From the NCBI GenBank assembly GCA_964016885.1, contig OZ024744.1, forward strand, positions 40,610,001 through 40,674,000: DNA of 64,000 nt. Direction: 5' to 3'. The stretch comes from Eledone cirrhosa (Eukaryota). Positions 38,623-51,200 of this stretch are shown piece after piece; the stretch's first letter is position 1, and each line of letters begins with the position of its first letter. The position numbers and the translations under genes were made by a program. Under the pieces are notes generated by a model. That model saw nothing but the letters and a program-made list of their open reading frames with translations. It did no database searches and was not told the origin of the DNA.

Positions 38623-38749
38623 CCATTTGCACAAATAATAATGCACTAATGGCAGTTATGTCTAGAATTAATCATTGCAATGACCTCAAAAAGCTGTTTG
38701 CTGTGACAGAAGATATTAAAGAGAAAGTTCTATACACACACATATGTAT

Positions 38750-38872
38750 GCGAAAAGTAAACAGAAACAACAAATCAGGCAACACAGTACAATGAAGAAA
38801 TACATTAGTTTGACATTTGATATAGTACGGTAAGAGTCTTTACATTTCAGACACTAGTCCTTCATCAAAAGA
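38750..38872 (-). mobile_element. Solo Penelope pseudo-LTR remnant with degenerate hammerhead core
   Basis: Aligns with 42565-42685; minus strand TTGATGAAGGACTAGTGTCTGAAATGT. Confidence 0.65.
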
Positions 38873-39283
38873 TAGAATGAGAAATAAAAGATGAAATAGA
38901 AAGAGGGAGAATGGCAAGAGGAAGGAACTGGAACATTTTTTTGTAGGGATAAAAACCACATGTGTTCAGTCAGCTATTTTGGGGAATATATATTCATACA
39001 TAGACTCAACCCACAAATAAATAATAGATTAGAACTCAGCACACAGTACGTGACATAAAAAGAACAGCCACAGGTACACAAACTAAACATCTCATACAAA
39101 AAAGAAAATTGATTTCACGAAATACTATATTGGCAATTGATGTCATTCATGTGGAAAGCGAAGTAACGATCGAAGTAACCATCGAAAAATGCTTGAAAAC
39201 GACTTAGAAAAAAATTTAATCAAAATCAAAATATAATCCCAAAGAGAGGAAATTGGAACATTATCCACTGAAAGTTCCTTAAA

Positions 39284-39319
39284 CCCTGAAGAAGGGACTT
39301 TTAGGTCCTGAAATATTGG
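39284..39319 (+). ncRNA. Minimal type I hammerhead ribozyme motif (Penelope-type)
   Basis: CC-CTGAAGA-A-GGGAC ttttag GTCCT-GAA-ATAT-T-GG: CUGANGA core, 5-bp stem II, palindromic stem III, 2-bp stem I. Confidence 0.55.
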
Positions 39320-39971
39320 ACAGATAAAAGAACAACAACAAAAAAAGAACAAAACAAAACAAAGATTACCAGGTAATTTATTTTTACTCTTCATTACAGT
39401 CCATTTTACAGTCCATTTTGCATTGTTTAGCCTTTTATCTCTTTCAATGTTATATATCATATACAATGCTTCAAGCAAACTGCAACATTTTATTTTATAT
39501 ATATACTGCAAAGCAAATTAAAGAGAAGAAATTACACTGTCTGATAAAGAAACAAGACTCCACTGTAAAGAGGCTTAAAAGGATAACAGACAACTTACAA
39601 ATCAAAATAAACTTTTTTTAAAAAAGCAAATTACCCTATAGTTGTGACACTAAAATAAAAATGTGAAAGTAAATAAATAAATATAAATATAAATATCAAT
39701 GAAGTTAACCCTTTCATTAACATATTTCTAAGGAAAGACACTGCCAATGATTTTCAGACAATTTTGAAAATAATCAAGATTTTGGAGGGATTTAGTAACA
39801 TAAATAACTTTCTCATTATCAAGTTGATATTTTAATATAAAATTAGGATGGGGGTGTTTTAGATAAATATAAGGATTTTAAAATAAGCATTTTTGTAGCA
39901 TAGAACCAGGACATCAAACCCAGCACTTATTTTGATATTGTACTTACTTTAAGGATCACCAATAATATTTT

Positions 39972-40157
39972 GTAGATTGGCAGTATCAGCAGTGTTAGAC
40001 ACCATGCTTTGTAGCATAGAGTAATGTTTTTTTACGTTCTGAGCTCAAATCCCATTGAGGTTAACTTTGCCTTTCATCTTAAAGGGGTTGATAAAATAAA
40101 GTACAGTAACGCACTGAGGTAATTGCTGGCCTTGTGCCAAAAGTAGAAACAATTATT
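39972..40157 (+). mobile_element. Family-1 SINE (diverged)
   Basis: Head and body motifs present with more substitutions. Confidence 0.8.
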
Positions 40158-40419
40158 TTGTTTTAAATATTCAATATCTTTCACAGAATCTTGGCTAACT
40201 CCATATATAGATTTTGCAATGAAATTAATAAAATGAGTGATCGGTACCTGATATGTAAATTTCAAATGATTCATTAGTAAAAGGAATGGAAATATTGCAG
40301 CATACATGATGAAAATGAAATATCACAAATGTACATATGCACACTTACACAGATATTTACACATGCACACACACTTACACACACACACATACATATATAA
40401 AAAAATATATATATATGTA

Positions 40420-43335
40420 AAAGGTAAACAGAAATAACACAATAACACAGCAAAAGTATGTTAATATAAGTGTGTGTATGTGTGTATACAGAGCAGTGAA
40501 GGGAAAAGTGGAGTATGAATATTTTGTTGGTCTGTATTGTAAGAGAATATGTTTTTGACCATAAGAGAGCCATAGGAATGTACAAGCAAGTGTGTGATAA
40601 TAGATGGGGTATTAAAGAAATTGGGGAGGTGAGTTGAGTCCATGAGTGAAACAGGACCCAAGGCAGTATATCAGACCCTATTTAGTCCTGGTCCACGAGG
40701 CCTGTGATTCGTGATGTAAAAGGACACTCAGGACTGAGACATGTAGGGAAGAGTGACCAGGAGAACGGAAATGACAAGCAACAGGAGTATCCATACCGAG
40801 TTGTATGTCCCTTAAATGCTCAGCAAAATGGTCCACCATACAGTGTCCCATTTGTCCCATGTATAGGGAACACCGGAGGGCATAGACAACGTGGGTGGAT
40901 ATGCAGGTGAAGGAGTAGCAGATACAGAATGGTCCGTTAGGGCCTTTGAGAGTGGTGAGGGTGGAAATGAAAGGACAAGTGTTGCAGCGGGGAAGAGAAC
41001 AAGAATGAGAGCCGGGTGCAGTCGAAGGAGAGGATGAGAAGGAACTGTGTACCAGGAGGTCATGGATGTTACGGGCATGCTTAAATGCAGTATTTGGTTG
41101 GTAGGAATAAAACGAGAAGTGACGGTGTCAGAAAAGAGGGTGGTGCACAAGGAACGGAGAATATGTCAACAGAGTGGTAGGGTGATAGGTGAGAGGGAAA
41201 GGGAAAGGAAGGCAGGTGTTGGGAGGGCGTTGGGTGAGGTGAGAGGGCTGTGGTACGGTCAGTTTCATGGGCGCGGGTGAGAGCAGCTTGGATCAGGGGG
41301 GTATCCATGCTGGATGAAGCGGGAAACCATGTGAAGGGAATGGGTTTCGAAATCGTCGTCCTGGCTACAGAGCCGATGAAGACAGAGGAATTGGGAATAG
41401 GGTATGGAGTGTTTGATGTGGGTTGGATGGGAGGAGGTGAAGTCGAGGTAAGATTGGGAGTCTGTTGGTTTAATGAAGATGGAAGTAGAGAGGGTGTGGT
41501 GAGAGTGATTAATAGATAGAGAGATATCTAGAAAAGAGACAGAAGAATCGGAGACAGAGGTGGTGAAATTGAGGGCAGGATGGAAAGATTGGACAAAAGA
41601 AAGAAAACAGTCGAGCTGTTCTCGTGATAGGGAGGTAGCGCCAATAAAGTCGTCGATATAACGACCATATAGCTCTGAAGTAGGTCCAGCGTACTGGGAG
41701 AAGATCTGGGCTTCGATGTAGCCAACAAACAAGTTGGCATAGTTTAGTTCCATTCTGGTTCCCATCGCTACCCCAGAGACCTGCTGATAGAATTTACTCG
41801 AAAAGGAAAAGGGTTGGAGGTGATATGAGTATGGGTGGTAACGGCAGGCGGTGAGCGGAGTGAGTGGAGTTTGTGGTTTTTAATGGAAGTGAGGAAATTG
41901 AAGAGGAGGCGATTGAGGTAAAGGATGAATAGGATAAGGGATTGGGCGAGGAAAGGGTGGCAAGTGGAGGAGAGATGGAGGTAGGCCTTGGGGAGATCTC
42001 GGTCGAGAGAATGGATTTGGGTGAGAGTTGATCGAATAGTGGCCCGCGTGAGCTGGCGAGAGGAGTGGGTAAGGATGGGCTCAGTGGTGGGAGCAGAGTA
42101 AGAGGTGGCGTGAAACTTGAGGCGGAAACCGCGGGGAATGAGGTGGTGGTGGAGACAGCGACTTAAAAATGTGATGTGACTGTTTATCGTGTTTTGGTGA
42201 AGATGAGGCTGGAGAGATGCTGGGAGGATTGGATGCATATAGGGGGGGGGGGAAGTGTTTGAGAGTGGAATGGAGCTGGCGGAGAAATGATTTGAGATTG
42301 GGCATATTGAAGGTACTAGGGTGGGAGTGAAAAATAGATGGGTAAGAAGAAGGTGGTGAAAGAAGATTATAGTAGAGGAAAAGTGGTAGAGAGTCGTGGA
42401 ATATTTAAATGCAAGAAGCAAAGAAAATTTCAGTGATACGAAAGATTTCCTGGTGGAAGTTCAGGTATACTCCGGGTTGGTATCCAGTCTTGGAGTGAAA
42501 ATCCAATTTGAAAACCCAACGAATTTGAGAGGTCCATGTAAGCGTTGATATATATATATGTATGTAAAAGGTAAACAGAAATAACAACACAATCAGTACA
42601 GTATATGGAAGGAATATATTAGGTTAACACTTGATATAGCAGAAAAGCGTCTTAACATTTCGGACGCTAGTCCTTCATCAGAAGAAAGAATGCGAAATAA
42701 GATAGATTGAAGGGACGGGTGGGTTGGAATTGGAAAAAATGTCTTGAGATAAAAATAACAGGTCCATTCATGTTGACATCTCTTGCAAAACTGTTGGTGC
42801 TGGCGTTTTGTGTGTGATTTATTTTTTTAGAAAAGTGGATGATGGAGTACATCTATCTGAAATGAAAAAAAAAACAGTTTTGTATAAAGAGCTATACTTG
42901 TGCATGTGTGTAAGCATGTGTTTGTGTGTGTGTGTGCGTGTTATTATACGTACGTATGAAGCTAAGAAGATATGTGTATGTATATGTAAGTAAAAGAGTG
43001 TGTGTGTGCTTGTAAGTATGGAGCTATGAGCAAAAGTATGTTGATATAAGGGTGTGTATGTGTGTATACAGAGCAGTGACGGGAAAAATGGAGTGTGCAT
43101 ATTTTGTCAGTCTGTATTAGTTGTAAGAGAATATTTTTCAGACCATAAGAGAACCCTAGAAATCAAAAGATAGAAAGCAGTCAAGCTGATCTTGTGATAG
43201 AGAGGTGGCACCGATACAGTCATCGATATAATGACCGTATTGCTCAGGAGTAGTTCCAGCTTACTGAGAGAAGATCTGGGCTTCGACATAGCCAACAAAC
43301 AATTTGAAATAGTTTGGTCCCATTCTCGTTCCCAT
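40420..43335 (-). mobile_element. Penelope-like retroelement, internally deleted, with upstream partial tandem copy
   Basis: N-terminal SHITFLSRCLHHHLIPRGF; RT MGTRMELNYANLFVGY, YGRYIDD, KPTDSQSYLDFTSSHP, SIPYSQF; GIY-YIG remnant HFAEHLRDI..PVACHF; 40440-40580 repeated at 43020-43160; second RT scrap at 43165-43335. Confidence 0.9.
42620..42685 (-). ncRNA. Hammerhead ribozyme motif in Penelope pseudo-LTR (cleavage-site region degenerate)
   Basis: Minus strand CTGATGA-A-GGAC tagc GTCC-GAAA-TGTTAA ... TTAAC; perfect core and stem II. Confidence 0.65.
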
Positions 43336-43519
43336 ATATATAATTCAGAATTATTTTTAATAAAAAAAATATTAAAAATTTAATTATGCTTAATAATGGT
43401 TAAAGAAAATATGAAAGAAAATTATTGTAATTGCTTTAAATGAATATAAAATATAATTATCTAGCTAAGCGTATGACTTCTACTCTAGTATTATAGTGCC
43501 ACAATATAATGTGCTCTTT

Positions 43520-43725
43520 ACACTCTGTAAAGCAGTAGTGCTGGAGCAACAATAAAATACATCCAGTACACTTTATAATGATTGGTCTTAGGAAGGGCAT
43601 CCAGCCATAGAAAAAATGCCAAAAATGGAATGTATAAGCTAAATGAAATCTTTTTAACTGGTCTAATCACAGACCGTCATATACCTTCCAACTCATGCCA
43701 GCATGGAAAACAGACTTAAATGATA
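43520..43725 (+). mobile_element. Family-2 SINE/RTE tail fragment
   Basis: TTAGGAAGGGCATCCAGCCATAGAAA and CATGCCAGCATGGAAAACAGAC motifs. Confidence 0.65.
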
Positions 43726-44186
43726 TCAGGAGGAATGTAAACTGAAATTAAGTTATATAATAATGTCTCATGCAGTAAATAATTGTTTCTAGCAATTTGA
43801 GAAATGGGTTAGTTGATTAAATCATTCCCAATACTTGACTGGTACATTATTTTAACAACATCCTAGAAAGTTTACCTTTATGGGATTTGAACTCAGTAGG
43901 ACTGCAACTAAATGGTGTAAAGTATTTTGCTTGCCTGATTCTCTAATGAGTCTGCTAATCCCCCACTCTATGCTAACATAGTCTTCTTTACATTGTTTAG
44001 AAAAGTACATATCAGGCAACCCTCCACAAACACACACCAATATAAAGTTTCCATAATATAAATAATATAAGTGACATACTGTATAAAAAATATTTTGGTA
44101 TTTGAACATCCCTCCACCATATATATATATATATACATATCAAAATATTTTTTACACAGTATGTCAAATTTAAAAGTATATATATT

Positions 44187-44400
44187 ATCATCATCATGGT
44201 TTAACGTCCATCTTCCTCGCTAGCATGGATTAGATGGGCTTGAACTATTTAGAGACAAGTTGGGTTGGGTGACTGTTGCTCACTCATATAGGACTGTTTC
44301 TGGCTGGTTTTCTATGGCTGGATGCCCTTCCTAATGCCAACCATATTTACAGTGTGTGCTGGGTGCTTTTTACCGTGTCTTTTACATGACAACTTTACAT
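44187..44400 (-). mobile_element. Older RTE 3' UTR fragment
   Basis: Diverged homolog of 44472-44660, immediately adjacent and in the same orientation. Confidence 0.7.
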
Positions 44401-44471
44401 AGTGTTTAATATAGAAAAGGGTTCTAGAGAACTATAACTGCTTCATTCAAAAGAAATCATCATATATATAA

Positions 44472-47400
44472 TCATCATCATCATCCTCATTTAATGTCTA
44501 TCTTCCACGCTTGCATGGGTTTAGATGGGAATTGTCCCACGTGAGGTAAGATTGGTTGTCTTGCTCATATAGGATTGTCTGGCGGGTTTTCTACGGCCGG
44601 ATGCCCTTCCTAACACCAACCACGTTTACAGTGTGGACTGGGAGGTTTTTACCATGTTACCTACACGGCCAGATTACAGCGTGGACTGTGTGTTTTTTTG
44701 TCGTGACACCTACACGGCCTCATTTGTTTCGGACTGGATATTGTGGTACCAACATAACTTTACAGAGAAAGGGGTGGTGTAGATGGGGGTGGGGGTAGGG
44801 GTTGTAGGATGGGGGTGTATTTTTGGTTAGGAGGTGCCTACTGACTGTATGTTTTGCTTTGTACTTAGGCATGGCGGGTCTTCTGTATTACTATGTAGTG
44901 CCAAAGATCTCGGTCCAGTGACATTGTCTTGGAGAGGTGTAAGTGTGTGAGGTCGGAATTTATCAAATCGTCCCAGGTTTTTCTGGGTCTGCCTACTCCG
45001 TGGCTACCGTCTATTTTTATCGCCCTGCACTTTTTTATACAGCTGTCGTCTTTCATGCGCATCACGTGACCATACCAACGTAGTCTTCTCTCGAGTAAAC
45101 AGCATCTGATCTCTCTTATTCCTAATTTCTCTCTTAGTTCATTTATACTTTGCCGTTCATGTATATTACTATTACACATCCAGCGGAGCATGCATGCTTC
45201 ATTCCTTTCCAGTCTGCGCATATCCTCTGCACACAATGCCCATGTCTCACTGCCATGTAACATTGCTGTTCATAGGCAGGCATCATACAGTCTGCCTTTC
45301 ATTTTTAGAGAGAAACCTTTAGTGGCCAATAGTGGTATAAGCTCTCTGAACTTTTTCCATCCAGTTCTGACTCTAGCTACTGTACTTTCAGAGCACCCTC
45401 CACCACTGCTGATTTTGTCACCCAAGTAACGGAAGGTGTCCACTATTTCTATAGAACAATCTCTGCAATGGAATGAGCTAGTATTCAGTGGGCACTTGCT
45501 GCTACTTATTGCACCAGAGCACCGGCCACATATAAAATCTATATTCTTAGTTAGCTTACCTGTGATCCCACTACATCTTTTATGCACCCATACTTTGCAT
45601 TTGGGACATAAAATGGAGTTTCTACCTACTCCTTTCCTACACACTGAGCATGATCATTTCCCAGAGGAGACCAGTGCCCTATTTTCCTTCCTACATACTA
45701 GAACTTTAATCTTAGACAAGTTAATTTTAAGGCCTTTTGATTCTAGGTCATGCTTCCAAGTTTCTCTAGTTCAGCCATTGATTCAGTTATGAGCGTTAGA
45801 TCATCTGCATATAGAAGTTCCCATGGGCAGCCGGTCTTGAACTCCTCTGTTATAGCCTGAAGGGCAATAATAAATAGGAGGGGGCTAAGGACAGAGCCCT
45901 GATGAACACCAACTTTTATGCTAAATTCTTCACTATATTCGTTGTTAATTCTAACCTTGCTGACTGTTTCTTTATACATGGCTTGTCTAGCTCTCACAAG
46001 CCATTCATCAACTCCTAGTTTTCTAAGAGCCCACCAGATAATGGAGCGGGTACTCTGTCAAAGGCTTTCTCCAGGTCTACAAAAGCTAAGTAGAGGGGTT
46101 TACATTTAGCTAGGTACTTCTCCTGAAGTTGTCGTACAAGGAAAAGAGCATCTGTGGTACTTTTACCTGACACAAACCCAAACTGCATTTCATCTAGATC
46201 AATTCTCTCTCTGATTAGTTGCGGTATAATTTTTTCTGTGACCTTCATGACCTGGTCAATTAATTTAATGCCTCTATAGTTTCCTCTATCTAGGGCATCT
46301 CCTTTACCCTTGCAGCAGTTAATGATGATGCTGCTATGCCAGTCATTTGGTATGATCCCAGTCTGTATGACTTGGTTTACTATCTGGGTGACCATAGTGT
46401 GTCCCACCGATCCAGATGCTTTCAGCATTTCAGCAACTATCTCCGAAGGCCCAGCTGCTTTGCCTGTCTTCATATCTTTGATTGCCTTACTTGCACTGCT
46501 GGTCCCTCTATTGGATCGATTTGGGGCAGACTATCTTTTTCCCACTTAGTCTCCTCATTTAGTAGCCTTTCGTAGTGACACTTCCAAGCTACCTTCTTAT
46601 CAGCGTCAGTGATGGCAAGTACACCATAATCATTATGGACACACTTCTCCCCGACAATATCACGGTTCTTCTTGACACATTGCCTAGCAATCCTGAACAC
46701 CTCACGTTTTTGGTCCTTGCGTTGTAGAACATGCTTGAACTTTCTTTCCTCTGCTTCCCTTCTTGTGAAGTACACTTGTCTCCTAGCTTCCCTCCTGGAC
46801 ACTTGATAGCCTGCTCTACATCCCCCATCCCGCCATACTTTCCAAGCTTGCTTTTTGGCCTTGATTGACTCCTCCACCTTACTGTTCCACCACCATGTTT
46901 CTCTTCTTCTGCCTATAGGTCTGCTCCAGCCACAGATTTCATCTGCCGCCATCAACAGGTTAACTTTCAGGAATTCCCAATGTTTCTCTATATCGTACGT
47001 CTCTAATTGCTCTTCCTTACTGTCAAAAGCATCAAGTAATATGCTTTTAAATTTGTTACTGGCTGTGGGTCCTTTAAATTCCATATTCTTCTTCTCAGGG
47101 TAGTCCTCCTCTGTTGTTGAGTACGTCTCGTCCTGACTATGAGGTCACTAACTATCAGGCTATGTTGGCAGGTGCATTCTTCGCGGGGGAGGGATTTAGT
47201 GTTTACAACGGACACTTTGTCACGTCTTCTGGTAAGGATATAATCTATCTGACTGGCGTGTTCCCCTAATCTATAGGTGATCAAGTGATTGTCTCGTTTT
47301 TTGAAGTTTGTGTTACAGATAGTTAGGTTATTTGCGTCACAGAATTCCAGGATTCTGAAGCCTTCCTCATTTCTATTTCCAAACCCGTAGCCTCCATTGA

Positions 47401-48130
47401 TTCTGTCATAGCCGTCACAATGTTGTCCAACATGACCATTTAGGTCGCTAGCAATAATTATGTAGTCACTGTCGGTTAGTTGGGAGGTAGTGAGCAGTAG
47501 CAACTCATAGAATCTGTCTTTTATAATGCCAGGCAGTGCAGATTGAGGTGCGTAAGCGGATATTATTGTCACAGTAGTTCTATTTAGGACAAGTCTTATT
47601 TTGATTATTCTGTCATTCATTCTATTTATATCAATTACCTTATCTACCAATTTTTCTGCTAACATCATTCCTACTCCACCCAGCCCATTTTCATTTCCCA
47701 CCCAGAAAAGTTTATAGCATCGTTTTTTACCCACCATGAATCTAGCAGACCCACCCCTCCACCTTGTCTCTTGGATGCAACAAGCATCAACTTCCTTATG
47801 TTCAAGCATCTCTACAACCTCGTTAGAGCGACCTTTTAAAGTACCTACATTCATGGTACCAACTCTGAAGTTTTGAATTTCCTTTGGTGGGTGGAAGGGA
47901 AGGGTTGGAGGTGTAGGGAGGAGGGAGCGAGATGGGTTATGTTTGCCATTGGCGTCTGAAATAAAGAGGAATCCTTGCATTTTCGTTCGGCCACATGAGG
48001 TGAATTTATCTTTATCTTTGACATTGTCATTCTTCGTACTCTCCAGAATCCCAGTCCATCTAGCATATCAAAAGCAACCATGTTTAAACTTAAGGAGGCG
48101 GTGGTTTTGTGTAAGAGATTGGTAAGAGAA
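44472..48130 (-). mobile_element. Near full-length RTE-clade LINE (APE-RT-PHD-like finger), frameshifted
   Basis: APE GTMNVGTL, IQETRW, SAYAPQ, DLNGHVG, QIDYIL; RT NYRGIKL, QFGF, FVDLEKAFDRVP, GVHQGSVLSPLLF, LLYADDL; C-terminal GSETW, RRLRWYGHV, GRPRKTW; (GAT)n tail. Confidence 0.95.
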
Positions 48131-48204
48131 ATATATAAGCCGCTGAATTATGATTGCACCATCTAATAATCGTGTAGTGGGGCGTGGAGGAGGGATATAC
48201 GGAA

Positions 48205-51200
48205 TGTTATTTTTTTTTTTTTATAATCTAAACCTACGAAATCGACCATAATTTAACGAACATATAACAGTAATGAGTGTTTAATACGAGAAGGTTATTA
48301 AACGAACGTATAACAGTAATCAGATTTTAAATACAAGAAGATTGTTTTTGAGGCTCTGACAGATTGATTGAATAAAATTGAAAGCTTTTGAATCTAAGTA
48401 AATGGACCAGGTAAAAACATAGAGAGAGACAGGGAAATGGCATAAATACAAGATAGAAGGTTATTTTTTAAAATATAAACCTATAAACGAACGTATAACA
48501 GTAATCAGATTTGAAATACAAGAAGATTGTTTTTGAGGGTCTGACAGAATTATTGAATAACATTGAAAGCTTGGAATCTAAGTAAATGGACCGTGTAAAA
48601 ACAGAGAGAGAGACAAGAAAATGGCGTAAATACAGGATAGAAGGTTATTGTTTTTAATCTTGTAGCAAGAGTTGCCTCCCTTATCACCAGTAGCGCTCTC
48701 TAGACAAGAAGTAGCTGGAGTTACTTCCCGTTGAGGTGTCAGAGCTTTCTTTGTCACTTCCATCCTGGGACCCCTATAAAGAGAGCTTTCAGCTCTTTCC
48801 CTCTCTTCTCACCTGCCTGGCCCTTCGGCCAGGTGTCTTCGGCCATACTTTCTGGCAACTTGAACATGGTAATATAAAGACCACTTGGTCTCTTGCGGGA
48901 TGACTTCAAAACGGTTATGCAAATAACTTTAATTCGTTCTTTCATCTAATCTTGGCATGTCAACTATTCTGCTCTACATAACTCAACCTTGTTAAATAAA
49001 CATTGTACATACAACCGAGTTTCCTGTTATATTCATACAACCCAGTGTTTCTGTTATAAGTGGTCACCCCGAGAATAAAATAATAGGATCTGGTGTTGTG
49101 TGAATGTGAAAAAAAAAGAAAGTTAATTAGCAGTATTTCAAAAAAGAAAAAATTCCTCTAACAACATTCCACATGGATTTTGTCTAAAATGAAAAATAGA
49201 AATAATCTTTTTCTCAGCAGCAAACAAACAAGAAAAAATTCAATTCACGTGTTTACATCGTTTAAATGTGGATTCTTTTTCATCGCTTTCAAAAAAAAAA
49301 AATTGGAACTCTCGCCATATACAAAGCCTTTCCTTCTTTTTCATCATATTGTCACGTTCACACACAAATTTTTCAAAATGGCTGCCAATGACCTGTTGCA
49401 CTATCATTTTCGCGTCATTTTCTCGCGCAATAAAAATTTTTTTTTTTCAACTTGACTTTAACCTTGTTTCGGCACTTGTGGGAGCACACATCTCGACTCA
49501 CTGAGATAATACACGCCATAGATAATGTTTCTTGCCAAGTATTCTCCAGCCTTAAGCTATATTCTCCTATTTGCCAGTTTAAAAATTTACCACGTAAATT
49601 TGCCGTTGAAAACTGCGCATTTATTCAGAATGCTGGTCGCTGGCCTCTTGACCCTTCCAGGTCAACACGTTCTCAACATCGAACATCAACTTTGGCTGTT
49701 ATTTCTAGCACTTTGCGCAACTCATTTTTTCTTGGAAAATTTTTACTGTGAACGGAAACAACATCGAATAGGCTCACTCCGCGAGACAACAACAACTCAT
49801 TTTTTCTGGGAAACTTTTTACTGTGAATTTAAACAACATCGAGTAGGCTCACTCCGCGAGACAACAACATCAACAACACAGCTTCATCAACAACCGAAAC
49901 CAGCAGAAGACAGAGAATTTATTTTTGCAGTACTCTTCATGTGAGAAAGTCCTACCGCCTTCGGAGATTGGGAATTTCACGTTGTACCACAGTCCAGAAA
50001 CCACCTGCATACATTCTCTGGAACACACTTTCTTTCCTGCTGTCACCTGTGAACTGTATTTTGAACATTTGAACATTTTTTTTTAATAACTATGTTCGAA
50101 CACGTTTCTTTGCTCCTTTGACCTCTTTTTTTAGATTGATTACATTGTATCTTTGTGTGATGGATAGATAGATGTTGAGTCGTTCTCTGGCCAAGAGCGG
50201 TTGGCTACCTTGATATCTATCATTGATTTTTGCATGCTTATATTTTGCTGTTTTCCTTTTATTGCAAACACTATTTTTTTGTAATTCTCATGCCTGAATT
50301 TTGGTGTTACATGCTCGCCATCTTACTACATACATGGTTCATTCGATTTTTATGATTTTAAAATCTGGCGAGAGGTAATGTAGCAAGAGTTTCCTCCCTT
50401 ATTACCAGTAGCGCTCTCTAGACAGGAAGTAGCTGGAGTTACTTCCCGTTGAGGTAGCAGAGCCTTCTTTTTCACTTCCGTCCTTTCAGCTCTTGCCCTC
50501 TCTTCTAACCTGCCTGGCCCTTCGGCCAGGCGCGTTCGCCGAGGCTATACTTTCTGGCAACCTGAACATGGTAATGTAAAGACCACTTGGTCTCTTGCGA
50601 GATGACTTCAAAACGGTAATGCAAATAACTTTAATTCGTTCTTTCATCTAATGTTGCATGTCAACTATTCTGCTCTATATAACTAAACCTTGTTAAATAA
50701 ACATTGTACATACAACCGAGTCTCCTGTTATATTCATACAACCCAGTGTTTCTGTTATAATGTAAACCTATAAACGAACGTATAACAGTAATCAGTGTTT
50801 AAATACAAAAGGTTATTAAACGAACGTATAAGGGTAATCAGATTTTAAATACAACAAGATTTTTTTTGAGGGTTTGACAGAATTATCAAATAAATTTGAA
50901 AGCTTGGATTCTAAGTAAATGGATGGACTGTGAAGCTTATTTCATTTTTTATAATCTAAACCTACAAATTCGACCAGAATTTAAACGAAGTATAACAGTA
51001 ATCAGTGTTTAAATACGAGAAGGTTATTAAATGAACGTATAACAGTAATCAGATTTTAAATACAAGAAGATTGTTTTTGAGGGTCTGGCAGAATTATTGA
51101 ATAAAATAGAAAGCTTGAATTCTAAGTAAATGGACCGTGTAAAAACATAGAGACAAGAAAATGCGTAAATACAAGATAGAAGGTTATTGTTTTTAATCTA

